Part shown: one piece after another, positions 29,967-40,500 of the stretch
How positions within the stretch are numbered: position 1 is the stretch's first letter
How the letters are laid out: each line of letters opens with the position of its first letter
Virus record (IMG/VR): IMGVR_UViG_3300021197_000975
Coordinates: 6,359 to 70,358 of that record
Source of the DNA: a virus
DNA: 64,000 bases
Reading direction: 5' to 3' (one strand)
Program-made: the position numbers and the translations under genes
Notes under the pieces: generated by a model
Database searches by the model: none
The model's input: only the letters and a program-made list of their open reading frames with translations
What the model was told of the DNA's origin: nothing

Positions 29967-32900
29967 ATGTTAAATGATATGTATAAATCTCTTAATGTAA
30001 ACCCTGATTCTTCAGCGAATGTTGTTAAACAAGTTGGACCTGTTAAGAAGGTTAGTGGAGGAAATGTCACTGTTGATGTTACTCAAGAAGGACTAGTGGA
30101 TGCAGCGACCCAACAATGGGATGAGTTATCAAGGATGGCTGCTGACTCAGCAGAAGGTATCAAAAATTATGGCCTAATCTCAGAAGGAATTGCTGAAGGA
30201 GAGGGGGATCAAAAGAAGGACATAGCTCTTTGGAATAAAGAACAAGAACATATCATGGCGGCTACAACTGCTGCTGAAGATGTTAGAAATAACCTCCCAG
30301 ACTCCAACGGTAATAATTTATATGAAGTGCAGATAGGGCTTAATGAAAATGGTTCTCCGGTAATGGCTACATATGATTTAAACGATCCCCAAAAGAGAGA
30401 AGAAGCTGCTGGAATGGCTTACCAAAAGAGATTAGAAGGGATTGATATTGTTTCAACAAGGGGTCAGGCAGCGCATCAAGGGCATTTGAGAGTCCAAGCA
30501 GATCGAATGAGGGGACTTACAGCAGAATCAGCTGATAAGGATGTAGCTCGTATCGAAGAAATATATAATGAGTTTCTTTCATCTGAAGGAATAGATTATA
30601 ACCCCAGTCTAGCCTATAACGCATGGCAGAATAACGCAGAAGTGCAGCAAATATCTACAAGAATAGGTATGCTCCCGACAGATCAATACTGGAGACAACA
30701 ACAACAATTAGAAACATTACAATCAGGAATGAGATTTTCCCAAGTAAAGCACCAAAAAGAGGAAATGGTCAGGGATATTACTGCTCTTACTAATGGACAG
30801 GTAAAAGGGTTGCTGGATGAAATGGCTGACGTTGTGGTCGATCCTTCAATGGATCCTTCTCAAAAAGCTGGGTTTATCTTGTATGCTCTAAACGAACAAG
30901 GGCTACTGACACCAGAAGTTACCGCATCTATCGGTATTACAGGGGGTGGAGACGTAGCTTGGGGGGTAGCGTCTGGTTCTCCTACTGAATCTTTATTAAC
31001 GGATCCTAACCACAACTCTTGGAAAAAGTTTTTAAATGTTGTTCTTAATTCTTCTATTGCATCAGATGTTGAACAGAGTGGCTTGAGTCCTGCGTTTGTG
31101 GAAACAGCTATTAGTAATGCAGTCAACCTAAGATCATCGGATATTAACGGGTATGTTTCTCAAAACATTAGTAATATTAAAGACGCTGTACAAAAAGACC
31201 GAGAAGTTAGGTTCAATCTTGCCCAACAAAGGGTAAGAGAGATTACTCAAGAGAAATATGACTCTTCTTCACAATCTAGATTAGGCAGCCAAATACAGAT
31301 AATGGGTGAACAATCGTTTGGTGCGGCTGGTCTTTCTTCAGATGCATTTGCGGATGGCGCTACGGCAGCAGCGATTGATGTACTAAGTGCAGGATCTGCT
31401 GGACCTCATAGAAATGTTGAGTGGGTAACAGAAAACTTTATTCGGGGTCTTTTAGTAGATACACAAGACGGCATGTTTGATTCTCAAGAACAACTGATAG
31501 ATAGAGCAAACAAGAGAAGGCTTGTTGCAGGTTCAAGATTGAATCAATTTTTGGAGGGAAGAGATGATGGTCAGGGATATTCTCTAGTAGATAGTGAAGG
31601 ACGTATTAATGAGCAAGGTGCGAGGTTTCTGTGGAGGGAATATCAAAACCTTGCAGGAAAAATAAGAAACGATCCTGCATACCAAGCTAGAGTAATGACA
31701 TGGTTTGAGGTTGCGATAAATCTAGCCCCCGGAGATGCTAATGCATTAGATCAAACTCGAGTTGTTGATACTATGGTTCACGCCATCTCTTTAATAACAG
31801 GAGATGAATACTCTGATGAGGAGACAGCAGTAATAGCTGCAAGACTAGGGGCTCTTGGAGAAGAAGATAGACTTGCTTTAGTTGAATTGATACCTGAGCT
31901 GACAGATAAAACATATAAACAATTTGAGTCAATCTTAACTCGTGTTGTTAAGACTGGACAAGCTGCACTTGGAGAAAGACAAGCTGCTTTAACCAAGGCA
32001 ATTAGGGATACGGATGGTATATTGGAAGTTGACAAAAAGAGACATGGAAGACTTCTTGTTTCAACAGCCAGAAACGCTTTCTTAGTCGGAACAAACTCCG
32101 CAGAAGAAATGTCTTTAGTTAGGGAGTTAGATAAACATTTTAAGTATGCCCAAGCAACTGGAACAGCTCTTTCTTATATTGTTGGCGATGAATATTCAGC
32201 TAAATTGCTTGATCCTTTTGAAGCGGTTGCTAATCATATATCACATTTACATGGTGGCCTAGCAGATCCTGCTCTTGAACAAGATATAATGAGTATGTAT
32301 CTCGGCTACAAAAATACTTTAGGAACATTTGCTTTGACGGCTTCTCATTTAAATTCAATGCCGGGCGTAAAACTTGATACAGCATCGTTGCCTGATAATG
32401 TAGAACCAATAGGAATGTTTTTGCAAAATCCATCTAAAGCATTTGTTGAGGCGGACACGGACGGTGATGGGAAGATGGAGCTTTCTATTTCCCCGGATTT
32501 TGCTTCATCTATTGCAGTAGAAGCTTCTAGAGTCTGGGCATGGTCTTCAGATCATAGACTAAGAGGAAACACAGAGTATGAATCTAACGTTCAATCATAT
32601 TTAGGTCATATAGTAGATTATGTTCACTTACTAGGGGACACAACATTAGAACCTGACCAACGAATGAAAGTAGCAACATCTTTGCATGCAATTATGTATG
32701 CTCTTCAACCATTGGAATATACTGCTGATACTGATGCGCCTCCTATGAGAAGCTACTCATTGGTTGAAAGGGAGGGGAATGCTATTGTTAAATCAACGAT
32801 AGAGATTCCTGAGGTAAAAATGGGTGACATAGCTAGAAATCTTTTAAGACTCTCTGATATGGATGATGATGCAACAACTGTTTCTTCAATTACAGGAATG

Positions 32901-34802
32901 ATTGCTTCTTCAGATGATGTCTTTCAAGGCTTTGATCAAGATCCTGTTACAGCAGGAGAAGAGTTCCACTATAAGATCTTTAAGAATGGATCTAAAGTTT
33001 TAGGAACGATAATGTTATCTGGGATGACTATGGGACGAGATGGCTCAGATGCAACAAGGCGTATTGGGGCTTACGAAATAAAAGTAGATGGACAAGGTTT
33101 GGTTACAGATGAGCGAAATAAACCCGGTATACTAACTCGTTGGATCGCACAACACGGACACGAGATTAGTGATATAAGAACAGCTATGTTGGCTCGTTTT
33201 GCTCAAGAAAAAATGTATGGTGGAGAGACTAAAAACACAATTGATTATATGAAAGAAATGATTGACGTAGCTGTACGTAATGGTTTTGGTAATGACTTAG
33301 CTGTTAACCCTATGACTGGAAAACGAGAAACTTTATATGAATTAGCTGCACAGTTGGATCCAAATAGCGGAAGTTATGTTGAAAACAATTGGTACACTTA
33401 TGCAAAACAACAAAGTAATAAGTGGTATGGAAAGTATGACCACTTAGATGGCCCCTCACACACCACTAGCCACGCCTTCGCAGGACTAGATGATGAAGAA
33501 AAAATTACATTTAGGTTGTCTGAGTTTGATGATGTCTTATTAAACCCCGGCGCTGACTTTACCGGAGATATAGGCTTGTCAATGGAATGGGGAGGAGATG
33601 ATATTGATTTCTATGGGGGTGAAGGAGTACCTGTTGCTGGATACAGTAGCATTTTGATTGCCGCATCAAGAGCTGCTCATACCTATGCAAATGAAACTGC
33701 TAATGCGTATGGAGGACAGACTTTATCTGGTGCTCCGGGTTACTACCAAAATGCTGTATATCAACAGATTCCAGAAATGAATGAGATGTTTGAAGGGACT
33801 GGGGATCCAAATCTAAGAGTTGGAAGCCTTTCTGCCCATGTAGAACTTATGAAATTACATACTAATAGAAATTCGGTTGTTCCGGGCATGACTAGATACT
33901 CCCAGCCTATAACTGTGCCTATGCAATCCTCAGATGGCACTACAAGATTTAGAACACAACGTAATCTTAATCCAGAATATAGAGGAAAGTTATCTGCATT
34001 AGGTCACACATACTTAACACAAGAGAGCATTGATCTACAGGGAGAACGTTACCCATTATATGCTGGTGCTGAACTTCCTGCTATGTCATTCCTTCTTTCT
34101 GCTCCTTCTCATGATAATGAAATTGGTGGAACTAGGTGGGAAGTTGCCAAGCAAATGATAGAACAAAACACAGGCATGACAATGGCACAGTATGGTCAAG
34201 CAGGAGGAGATATAAAAAAACTACATAGCTGGGCAATGGATCCAGATATGGTAAATATGCAGTTCTTTGCTCTTATGGGAAAAGATGTCTTTGATACAGC
34301 GAATTCAAATATGTTTGGAGGAGCTGCTCCTCACATGGGACCAGTTACAGATAACTTGAGTAGCAATACTTCAGTTTTTCAAACAAGACAAACTAGATCT
34401 AAAGAAGGCGTAGGTGTTCCTATTATTGATACTAATGAAACAAATGCTCTTGGTCATGTTGCATTAAAAGCTGTAACAGTTGAAGGGGGAAATCCTGTAA
34501 CTATTATGTATGTACCACCTGAGTTATTTGAGACTGGGACTTCTCCGGGCAATAAAAGGGTTGCACAAAGACTAAACCAATTATCTTATGATTATTTAAC
34601 CTTTGATGAAACACATACTGGAAGACCTAGACGATTTATGGGCATGAGGAAAAATTGGTTAGGAATGCCCGTTGCTACTGTTCCTCCGGGGGAAGATCCG
34701 TTGCAGGGAGAAGATCAAGATATGGGACACCCTGCTCCGGTTTGGGATAACCCTGATGAGCCTTTCTTCAAAACAATTAATCAATACTGGAGACACAGAT
34801 AA
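29967..34802 (+). CDS. Large internal virion (ejection) protein, gp15-like position
   Basis: 1611-aa helical protein following the gp14-like gene; no recognisable enzyme motif. Confidence 0.6.
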   Translation: MLNDMYKSLNVNPDSSANVVKQVGPVKKVSGGNVTVDVTQEGLVDAATQQWDELSRMAADSAEGIKNYGLISEGIAEGEGDQKKDIALWNKEQEHIMAATTAAEDVRNNLPDSNGNNLYEVQIGLNENGSPVMATYDLNDPQKREEAAGMAYQKRLEGIDIVSTRGQAAHQGHLRVQADRMRGLTAESADKDVARIEEIYNEFLSSEGIDYNPSLAYNAWQNNAEVQQISTRIGMLPTDQYWRQQQQLETLQSGMRFSQVKHQKEEMVRDITALTNGQVKGLLDEMADVVVDPSMDPSQKAGFILYALNEQGLLTPEVTASIGITGGGDVAWGVASGSPTESLLTDPNHNSWKKFLNVVLNSSIASDVEQSGLSPAFVETAISNAVNLRSSDINGYVSQNISNIKDAVQKDREVRFNLAQQRVREITQEKYDSSSQSRLGSQIQIMGEQSFGAAGLSSDAFADGATAAAIDVLSAGSAGPHRNVEWVTENFIRGLLVDTQDGMFDSQEQLIDRANKRRLVAGSRLNQFLEGRDDGQGYSLVDSEGRINEQGARFLWREYQNLAGKIRNDPAYQARVMTWFEVAINLAPGDANALDQTRVVDTMVHAISLITGDEYSDEETAVIAARLGALGEEDRLALVELIPELTDKTYKQFESILTRVVKTGQAALGERQAALTKAIRDTDGILEVDKKRHGRLLVSTARNAFLVGTNSAEEMSLVRELDKHFKYAQATGTALSYIVGDEYSAKLLDPFEAVANHISHLHGGLADPALEQDIMSMYLGYKNTLGTFALTASHLNSMPGVKLDTASLPDNVEPIGMFLQNPSKAFVEADTDGDGKMELSISPDFASSIAVEASRVWAWSSDHRLRGNTEYESNVQSYLGHIVDYVHLLGDTTLEPDQRMKVATSLHAIMYALQPLEYTADTDAPPMRSYSLVEREGNAIVKSTIEIPEVKMGDIARNLLRLSDMDDDATTVSSITGMIASSDDVFQGFDQDPVTAGEEFHYKIFKNGSKVLGTIMLSGMTMGRDGSDATRRIGAYEIKVDGQGLVTDERNKPGILTRWIAQHGHEISDIRTAMLARFAQEKMYGGETKNTIDYMKEMIDVAVRNGFGNDLAVNPMTGKRETLYELAAQLDPNSGSYVENNWYTYAKQQSNKWYGKYDHLDGPSHTTSHAFAGLDDEEKITFRLSEFDDVLLNPGADFTGDIGLSMEWGGDDIDFYGGEGVPVAGYSSILIAASRAAHTYANETANAYGGQTLSGAPGYYQNAVYQQIPEMNEMFEGTGDPNLRVGSLSAHVELMKLHTNRNSVVPGMTRYSQPITVPMQSSDGTTRFRTQRNLNPEYRGKLSALGHTYLTQESIDLQGERYPLYAGAELPAMSFLLSAPSHDNEIGGTRWEVAKQMIEQNTGMTMAQYGQAGGDIKKLHSWAMDPDMVNMQFFALMGKDVFDTANSNMFGGAAPHMGPVTDNLSSNTSVFQTRQTRSKEGVGVPIIDTNETNALGHVALKAVTVEGGNPVTIMYVPPELFETGTSPGNKRVAQRLNQLSYDYLTFDETHTGRPRRFMGMRKNWLGMPVATVPPGEDPLQGEDQDMGHPAPVWDNPDEPFFKTINQYWRHR

Positions 34803-37577
34803 ATGGGGTATATAAATAGAATTCTTCAAGAAGAAAGAGATGTCACAGAATTAGAAAGAATATATGCTAACGCGAGAAGTGAAGCATATCAGGGTGACTA
34901 TACTACAAGTGCAGAAGCTTTAAATTCTCTTGGAGAAGATTTCGTAAACTATGGAACCTTTTTTATTTCTCCTGATCAGAACCAATCAGAAGGTCAAGCA
35001 ATGTACAATGACTACCTTCAGGATATATCGAAGGCGGGATTGGCAATGGAAGATGCCCTAAAGGCAGGAGTCTTAGGGTCTGGATATGATTCTTATACTA
35101 AAGAACGTTTAAGAAACCAAGGGTATGAATATACTTCAATGATAGATGACAAGTCTGTTATGGGAGAGTTTGTCCTGCCGGGTGTAGAAAACTCAATGGG
35201 GTACTGGGATGCTAATTGGTGGGCTACATGGGCTGATAAGCATGGTGGATCTGGTATAGCTGGAGAAGAACTACCCACTCTTTATACTGTAGCAAGACAA
35301 TACTCTACTGGAGCTGACACAACATACAAAGAATGGGCAGAGAAAACCCCCGGTGCTCAAATTTCTGAATATGATAGAGAAGCCGCAGAATATTATCAGA
35401 AAGATTCTAACAACTGGGAAAGATTTCTTCCATGGGATGGAGCTGCTTGGAGACACCCTGTTCTTGCAAACTTAATTGTAGTTGCTAATCCAAGCGACGA
35501 TAAATATAACTGGACTTTCCCCGGTAACTTCTTTTCTTCCAGAAGACAAGAGGGTTGGGATGGTAAGAAAGCTTACGAAGTATTTGAAAAAACAAACCCC
35601 CATCTTTTAAAACTAGCCCATGCTATTGGTGTTTCTAGGGAGACTCTTGAAGCTAGCCCTAACCACTGGGAATTTAGGTATGCGATAAATAATGCTGTAC
35701 AGATGTATACAGTAAGTGGAGTCTTAGACAGAACCAGTGCAAGGGGCAGTGGGTTTGGTAATGCTTCTAGGTTCGTTGGATCATTTGCTTGGAATACTCT
35801 AAATTCTGCTGACATGCCTGTTGAAATAGCAACTGCTATATTGACAGGGGGTACATCCCTCACTTATACAGCAGTCAAGGGGTCCGCTACTCTTGCTAAG
35901 ATTGGGTACAAAACGAGTAAACGTGTTTCTAGATTAGAACGAATGTTTAATACGACCCGAAAAGTAATTGGTATAGGAGGCAGGAGTAGATATGGTAGAG
36001 TTGCCAGAAGAGCAGAGGTAGATAAGGCTGACGTTGATGTACTTACTAACTGGTCCTTAAAAACAAGGAAGCTCAGGAACTTGATGGCGAATATTCACTC
36101 TTGGATTCCTTCTAACATCCCTGATAAAATTATTATGGGAGGGTACAGAAAAGCTTTTGGTACTGAAATGGGGTTAGGAAAAGGATTTAAGAATTATAGC
36201 CAGTTCTGGCTGACGAGAAGAGGGTTAGATTTTGGGATTGGCACAATTGAAGGAGCAATGTATGGAGCTCTCAACCAGTATGATGGCAATGATGGCTGGG
36301 ACTGGAGCCGATTCTGGAATGAAGTTATTACCGAAGGTGTTGGTCAGGTATTTGCTGGGCCTACTTTTAGAATGGTTTTGGGTAGAGGTGTGATGGCCCC
36401 TGCTCACAAGATAGGAAAATCAACTTTGAATAAGATTTATGAAAAAATGGATTTTAGTCCTGAGGTCAGGGCGGCAATAGATGCTGCATACAAACCTATC
36501 ATGCCTAACTTTGATAGGATGACAGTAGAGCAACAGGAGTCTATATTGTCTAGTAGAATTATGTTAGGATTAGCTCATTCAGGTTATGGGAAAATAACAG
36601 GAACAGATGGTCCTATTCCCATGTATCTTCAAAATATGGTGGATGAAATTAGTGCAGCTACTGGAATTCCAATCGATGCACATTCAGCGATAGATTCAAT
36701 ATATACAAAGGCTACTGATTCCGAAGGGAATACAACCGAATTAACTGAATTAGAAATGTCATTAGCATTAATTCATGCTGTTATGAATCAGGTTGATAAC
36801 CAAGGTCGGCAGGTTCTTCAGGTCAAAGACCCAGAGACCGGAGAAAATGTAGGGCAAATACAAAGTTTGTTAAGAACTGCAATCCTACACGGTTTGGTAC
36901 ACGAGAGAGCAACTAAAGGAGGGACTGTAGAATTAGAGGGAGCTGATTTAGTTGCTGCTCAAGTACAAGCATTAGAGGAACTAGCTGGGGTTGATCAGGT
37001 CGAGTTACAAAGTATTGTAGATAGCGCTTTAAAAGCAACTAAAACAGTAATGGAAAAGCTGGGGATAGACGCATCAGCAATTGTGACTACCGCAGGTAGA
37101 AGCGTATCATCTGTCCAACGATTGGATGCCCCAACTATAGAAATCTTAAGAAGGTTATATAAAGAAAATAAAAATATAGACTTGGGAGATGGTATTGCCC
37201 CAGAAGATATTGCAGCTATTCGGGAAGACACCTCCGATCCTGACACACCTACAGATGTAGATGAAGCAACGGGAACTGGAGAAACAACGGGAACAGAAGC
37301 CATAGATAGTGCAGCTTCTACACCTCCCCCTCCGGTAGATAATACTCAAACTGAATCTGCTAATGCAGGAGAAGGACAAGAAACCACTCCTTCCGAGCCA
37401 GCAGCAGTTGAAGGAGAAGATGGTTCTTCACTGCCCGATCAGAAACGAGTTGAAGCTGCCGTGGAACAAAATGCAAATATAGATACCTTACAAGAGCTTG
37501 GTCTTACAAAAGAACAACTAGCTGATGCACTTGAAACATATAATGAGAATAATTCTTGTTTTAGAGGAGTCAAATAA
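34803..37577 (+). CDS. Internal virion (ejection) protein
   Basis: Gly/Ala amphipathic segments (IATAILTGGTS; GTIEGAMYGAL) typical of ejection proteins; acidic low-complexity tail. Confidence 0.6.
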   Translation: MGYINRILQEERDVTELERIYANARSEAYQGDYTTSAEALNSLGEDFVNYGTFFISPDQNQSEGQAMYNDYLQDISKAGLAMEDALKAGVLGSGYDSYTKERLRNQGYEYTSMIDDKSVMGEFVLPGVENSMGYWDANWWATWADKHGGSGIAGEELPTLYTVARQYSTGADTTYKEWAEKTPGAQISEYDREAAEYYQKDSNNWERFLPWDGAAWRHPVLANLIVVANPSDDKYNWTFPGNFFSSRRQEGWDGKKAYEVFEKTNPHLLKLAHAIGVSRETLEASPNHWEFRYAINNAVQMYTVSGVLDRTSARGSGFGNASRFVGSFAWNTLNSADMPVEIATAILTGGTSLTYTAVKGSATLAKIGYKTSKRVSRLERMFNTTRKVIGIGGRSRYGRVARRAEVDKADVDVLTNWSLKTRKLRNLMANIHSWIPSNIPDKIIMGGYRKAFGTEMGLGKGFKNYSQFWLTRRGLDFGIGTIEGAMYGALNQYDGNDGWDWSRFWNEVITEGVGQVFAGPTFRMVLGRGVMAPAHKIGKSTLNKIYEKMDFSPEVRAAIDAAYKPIMPNFDRMTVEQQESILSSRIMLGLAHSGYGKITGTDGPIPMYLQNMVDEISAATGIPIDAHSAIDSIYTKATDSEGNTTELTELEMSLALIHAVMNQVDNQGRQVLQVKDPETGENVGQIQSLLRTAILHGLVHERATKGGTVELEGADLVAAQVQALEELAGVDQVELQSIVDSALKATKTVMEKLGIDASAIVTTAGRSVSSVQRLDAPTIEILRRLYKENKNIDLGDGIAPEDIAAIREDTSDPDTPTDVDEATGTGETTGTEAIDSAASTPPPPVDNTQTESANAGEGQETTPSEPAAVEGEDGSSLPDQKRVEAAVEQNANIDTLQELGLTKEQLADALETYNENNSCFRGVK

Positions 37578-40500
37578 ATGAGTTGTAGTTTAAATTTTCT
37601 AGATGATTTGAAACAGAAGTTTATAGATCAGGGTAATTCCGAAGCCGATGCAAACAATATGGTGGAGGCCCTGAAGATTGCTTCTTCTGATCCTAGATCT
37701 TTTAGGAAACATGTTGCAAGTGAGAAACTAAAGGAAACATGGACATCCGAAAATAAAGCCGATCTTCAAGGACTAATGAATAAGGTTCTTAAAAGCAAAG
37801 ATGGCACTCTTCTTTTTGATTCATTAAATGAAGAAGAATCCCAAAGTCTTAAATATTTATTAACGAAAAAAATGGCTAAAGATAATGACCAAGCTCCAGT
37901 AGTGCGTCCTTCGAATGCTGATGTTAGGATACAAGCAGAACAAGAACTAGAAACAGAGATCGAAAGACTACAAGAAATTGGTGATGATCGTGGGGCCGCA
38001 AGAAACCAACAAGCTTTATCTCATCTACAGCAGATTAGGAAAAATAATTCTAGGTTAGGTAATCAATATGAAAGCATCAGCGAGAGCATTGACAGTAGAG
38101 ATCGCCTTCGAGAACAGCTAGTTCTTCTAGATGTTTGGCTAAGAAATGTTGATGATGGTAATAAAAAAGCTGAAGCTCGTATAAAAGAAATGAATGAGCA
38201 GCTTAAAACAATCAAAGATGACAAGTATAATCAGGCCAAAGCAGATAAAAAGACTTATGAAAAACAGATAAAGAAGCTTAAATCTGAACTCAAGTCTATT
38301 AAGAATAAGAAATCTGAGCCAGCTAATAAAATTAAGCGGGAAATAAAAGAAAAAGAAGGTAAATTAAAAGAAGCAGTAGCTATAATTCAAAAGGCTGACA
38401 GGGAAGCTGGACCCCTCGAGAAAAAAATAAATAGGATTATAGAAGCAGCAAGAGAATTAAGCGATAAAAACCCTGAGGTTAAGAAGCTTAGAAAAGCCCA
38501 TAGCGCTGCCGAAAAGAAATTAAAAGATGTTATGGCAGAATTAAATAAGGCAGGGTTTGCTTCTGATGGCTTCCTTCAATCTATTGTTCAAGGAATTAAT
38601 ACTGCTGTAACAGCTAGACAGTTAGCTGAAGATCTCCAAAGAGCTAGGCAAGATGAGGCTCTTCGGATTGAGTTAATAGATTCTTATTTTGATAAGAACC
38701 ATAAAAATTATATCAAGCCTAAGGAAGAGAAAGAAACTACTCTTAGCAGGGATATCTTAAGTGAAATTCTTGGGCCGAGCTTTGTTGTATCTAGAACAGA
38801 ATATGGACAGGTGCTAACTAGAGAAGAGATAGATGTTTTATTAAAAGAGTGGAGAAGCCTGAACTATAAGTATGCTGGAGAGCATGGCCTGTTAATTGCA
38901 GATCTTACTTTTGCAGATCAACAATCACTTGAAGCAATGCAGGAGCAATCTACTAATGAAGGTAAGTCGGTAGATGAAACAGATAATAATACTATTATTA
39001 TTCCTATGTTAACACAAGCTCAAGCAATGGAAAAAAGCAATCCCGGTGTTATTCCAGATGCGAACGCTCAATTAACCCCTCAGGAATTAAAGCAGAGATT
39101 ACTTAAGTTTGTTCGAAAGCTAGAAACTCTTCGCTCATCTGTTGGCTATGGTAAGTATGTTGGTCTACAACATGTAGAAGCAGTCTTAAATAATATGCCC
39201 GGTCTTGACGATGTAAGTGCTCAAATCTGGTTTGATGATGCTGTTCGAGTCTTAAATGAAGAAGGTATTGAGACCCTAACCCACACGGAGAGACAAGAAA
39301 CTCTTAGGCATATTCTTAGATTAACTGGGATGACTGATGCAGAAATAAGTTCTTTGCCGGAAATGATTGATTATGGGAGATGGCTCCAAGATTTGGATGT
39401 CCATGATAAGGAAAACCCCATGCCCCTAAATCAAGTTGTTAGTTTTGATATTGAAACCCGAGGTAAAAACAACGAAGAAATTATTGGCTGGTCAATCAAA
39501 AGAATTGATGGTACAATAATTAATAGCAGAACTATTGGCGAAGCTATGACTAAAGAAGAAGCGCAGGAAATGCTTGCCCTGTTAAATGATCTCCAAAACG
39601 ACGGTTATAAAGTTGTAACTTTTAACGGTAATAGTTTTGATATGAATACATTGGGCGCGCTTGCAGAAAATCAACAGATGGGCGTTAGAATTGCTTATCG
39701 AAGTCTTGATGTTATGCAGATCCTTAGGACTTTTAAATCCCAAATCCATACTGAGGATGATGCACAAAGTTTATATTTTAGTTTAAACAATGTATCTAGA
39801 GCCTTAGGAATGGGAGGAAAGTTTGGAACAGTCGGGCCGGAAGGATCTGTTCTCAGGAACTTAGGTAAGTGGTATTATTTAGTACACAAGAAAGCTACCA
39901 CAGGCGAAGACGTAACATTTGCAGATATTGTAAAGAATGGTGAGACTATGGCAGAAGAGGATGCTCAATCTATTTTAGATGAAATAAATGGTATGAGTTC
40001 TGAAGAAGCTGCATCTTATCTCGACCAATATCTTGATGCAGATGCTATGCTTCCCGCTCAAATTCTCTATGGAAATGGAGCACAAGATGGCCTGTTTAAT
40101 ATGATGGGAAGAAATGTTAAAATTAAAAGCGCTAATAAGGGGGAAGCTACAGTGGAAATAGCAGCTCCTACACCCACTTGGGCCTTGACTTCAAATGTTA
40201 CTGAAGCAAAGCAAGATAGGTGGCATGGGCTTGAATGGGCTAGGCACGTTGCTGATATTGGGGAAGTAATGACTTCCGCTTTCTCCTCTATTGATGATAC
40301 AAGTATTGTATCTGTAGATTTAGATCTTGCGATCAGTAGAGTATATGACGCTGTTATTAGAGCTCAGCATCTTGATCCATCTCAAAGGTTATTAGCCGAA
40401 CGAATGGTAGATTTAGCGAAAGAGACTCTTTCTAAAGAACAGCTACTTGAAAAAGAAAAGATTAATATTATCCAAGCAAACCGACAAGCTCTTGAGAATA

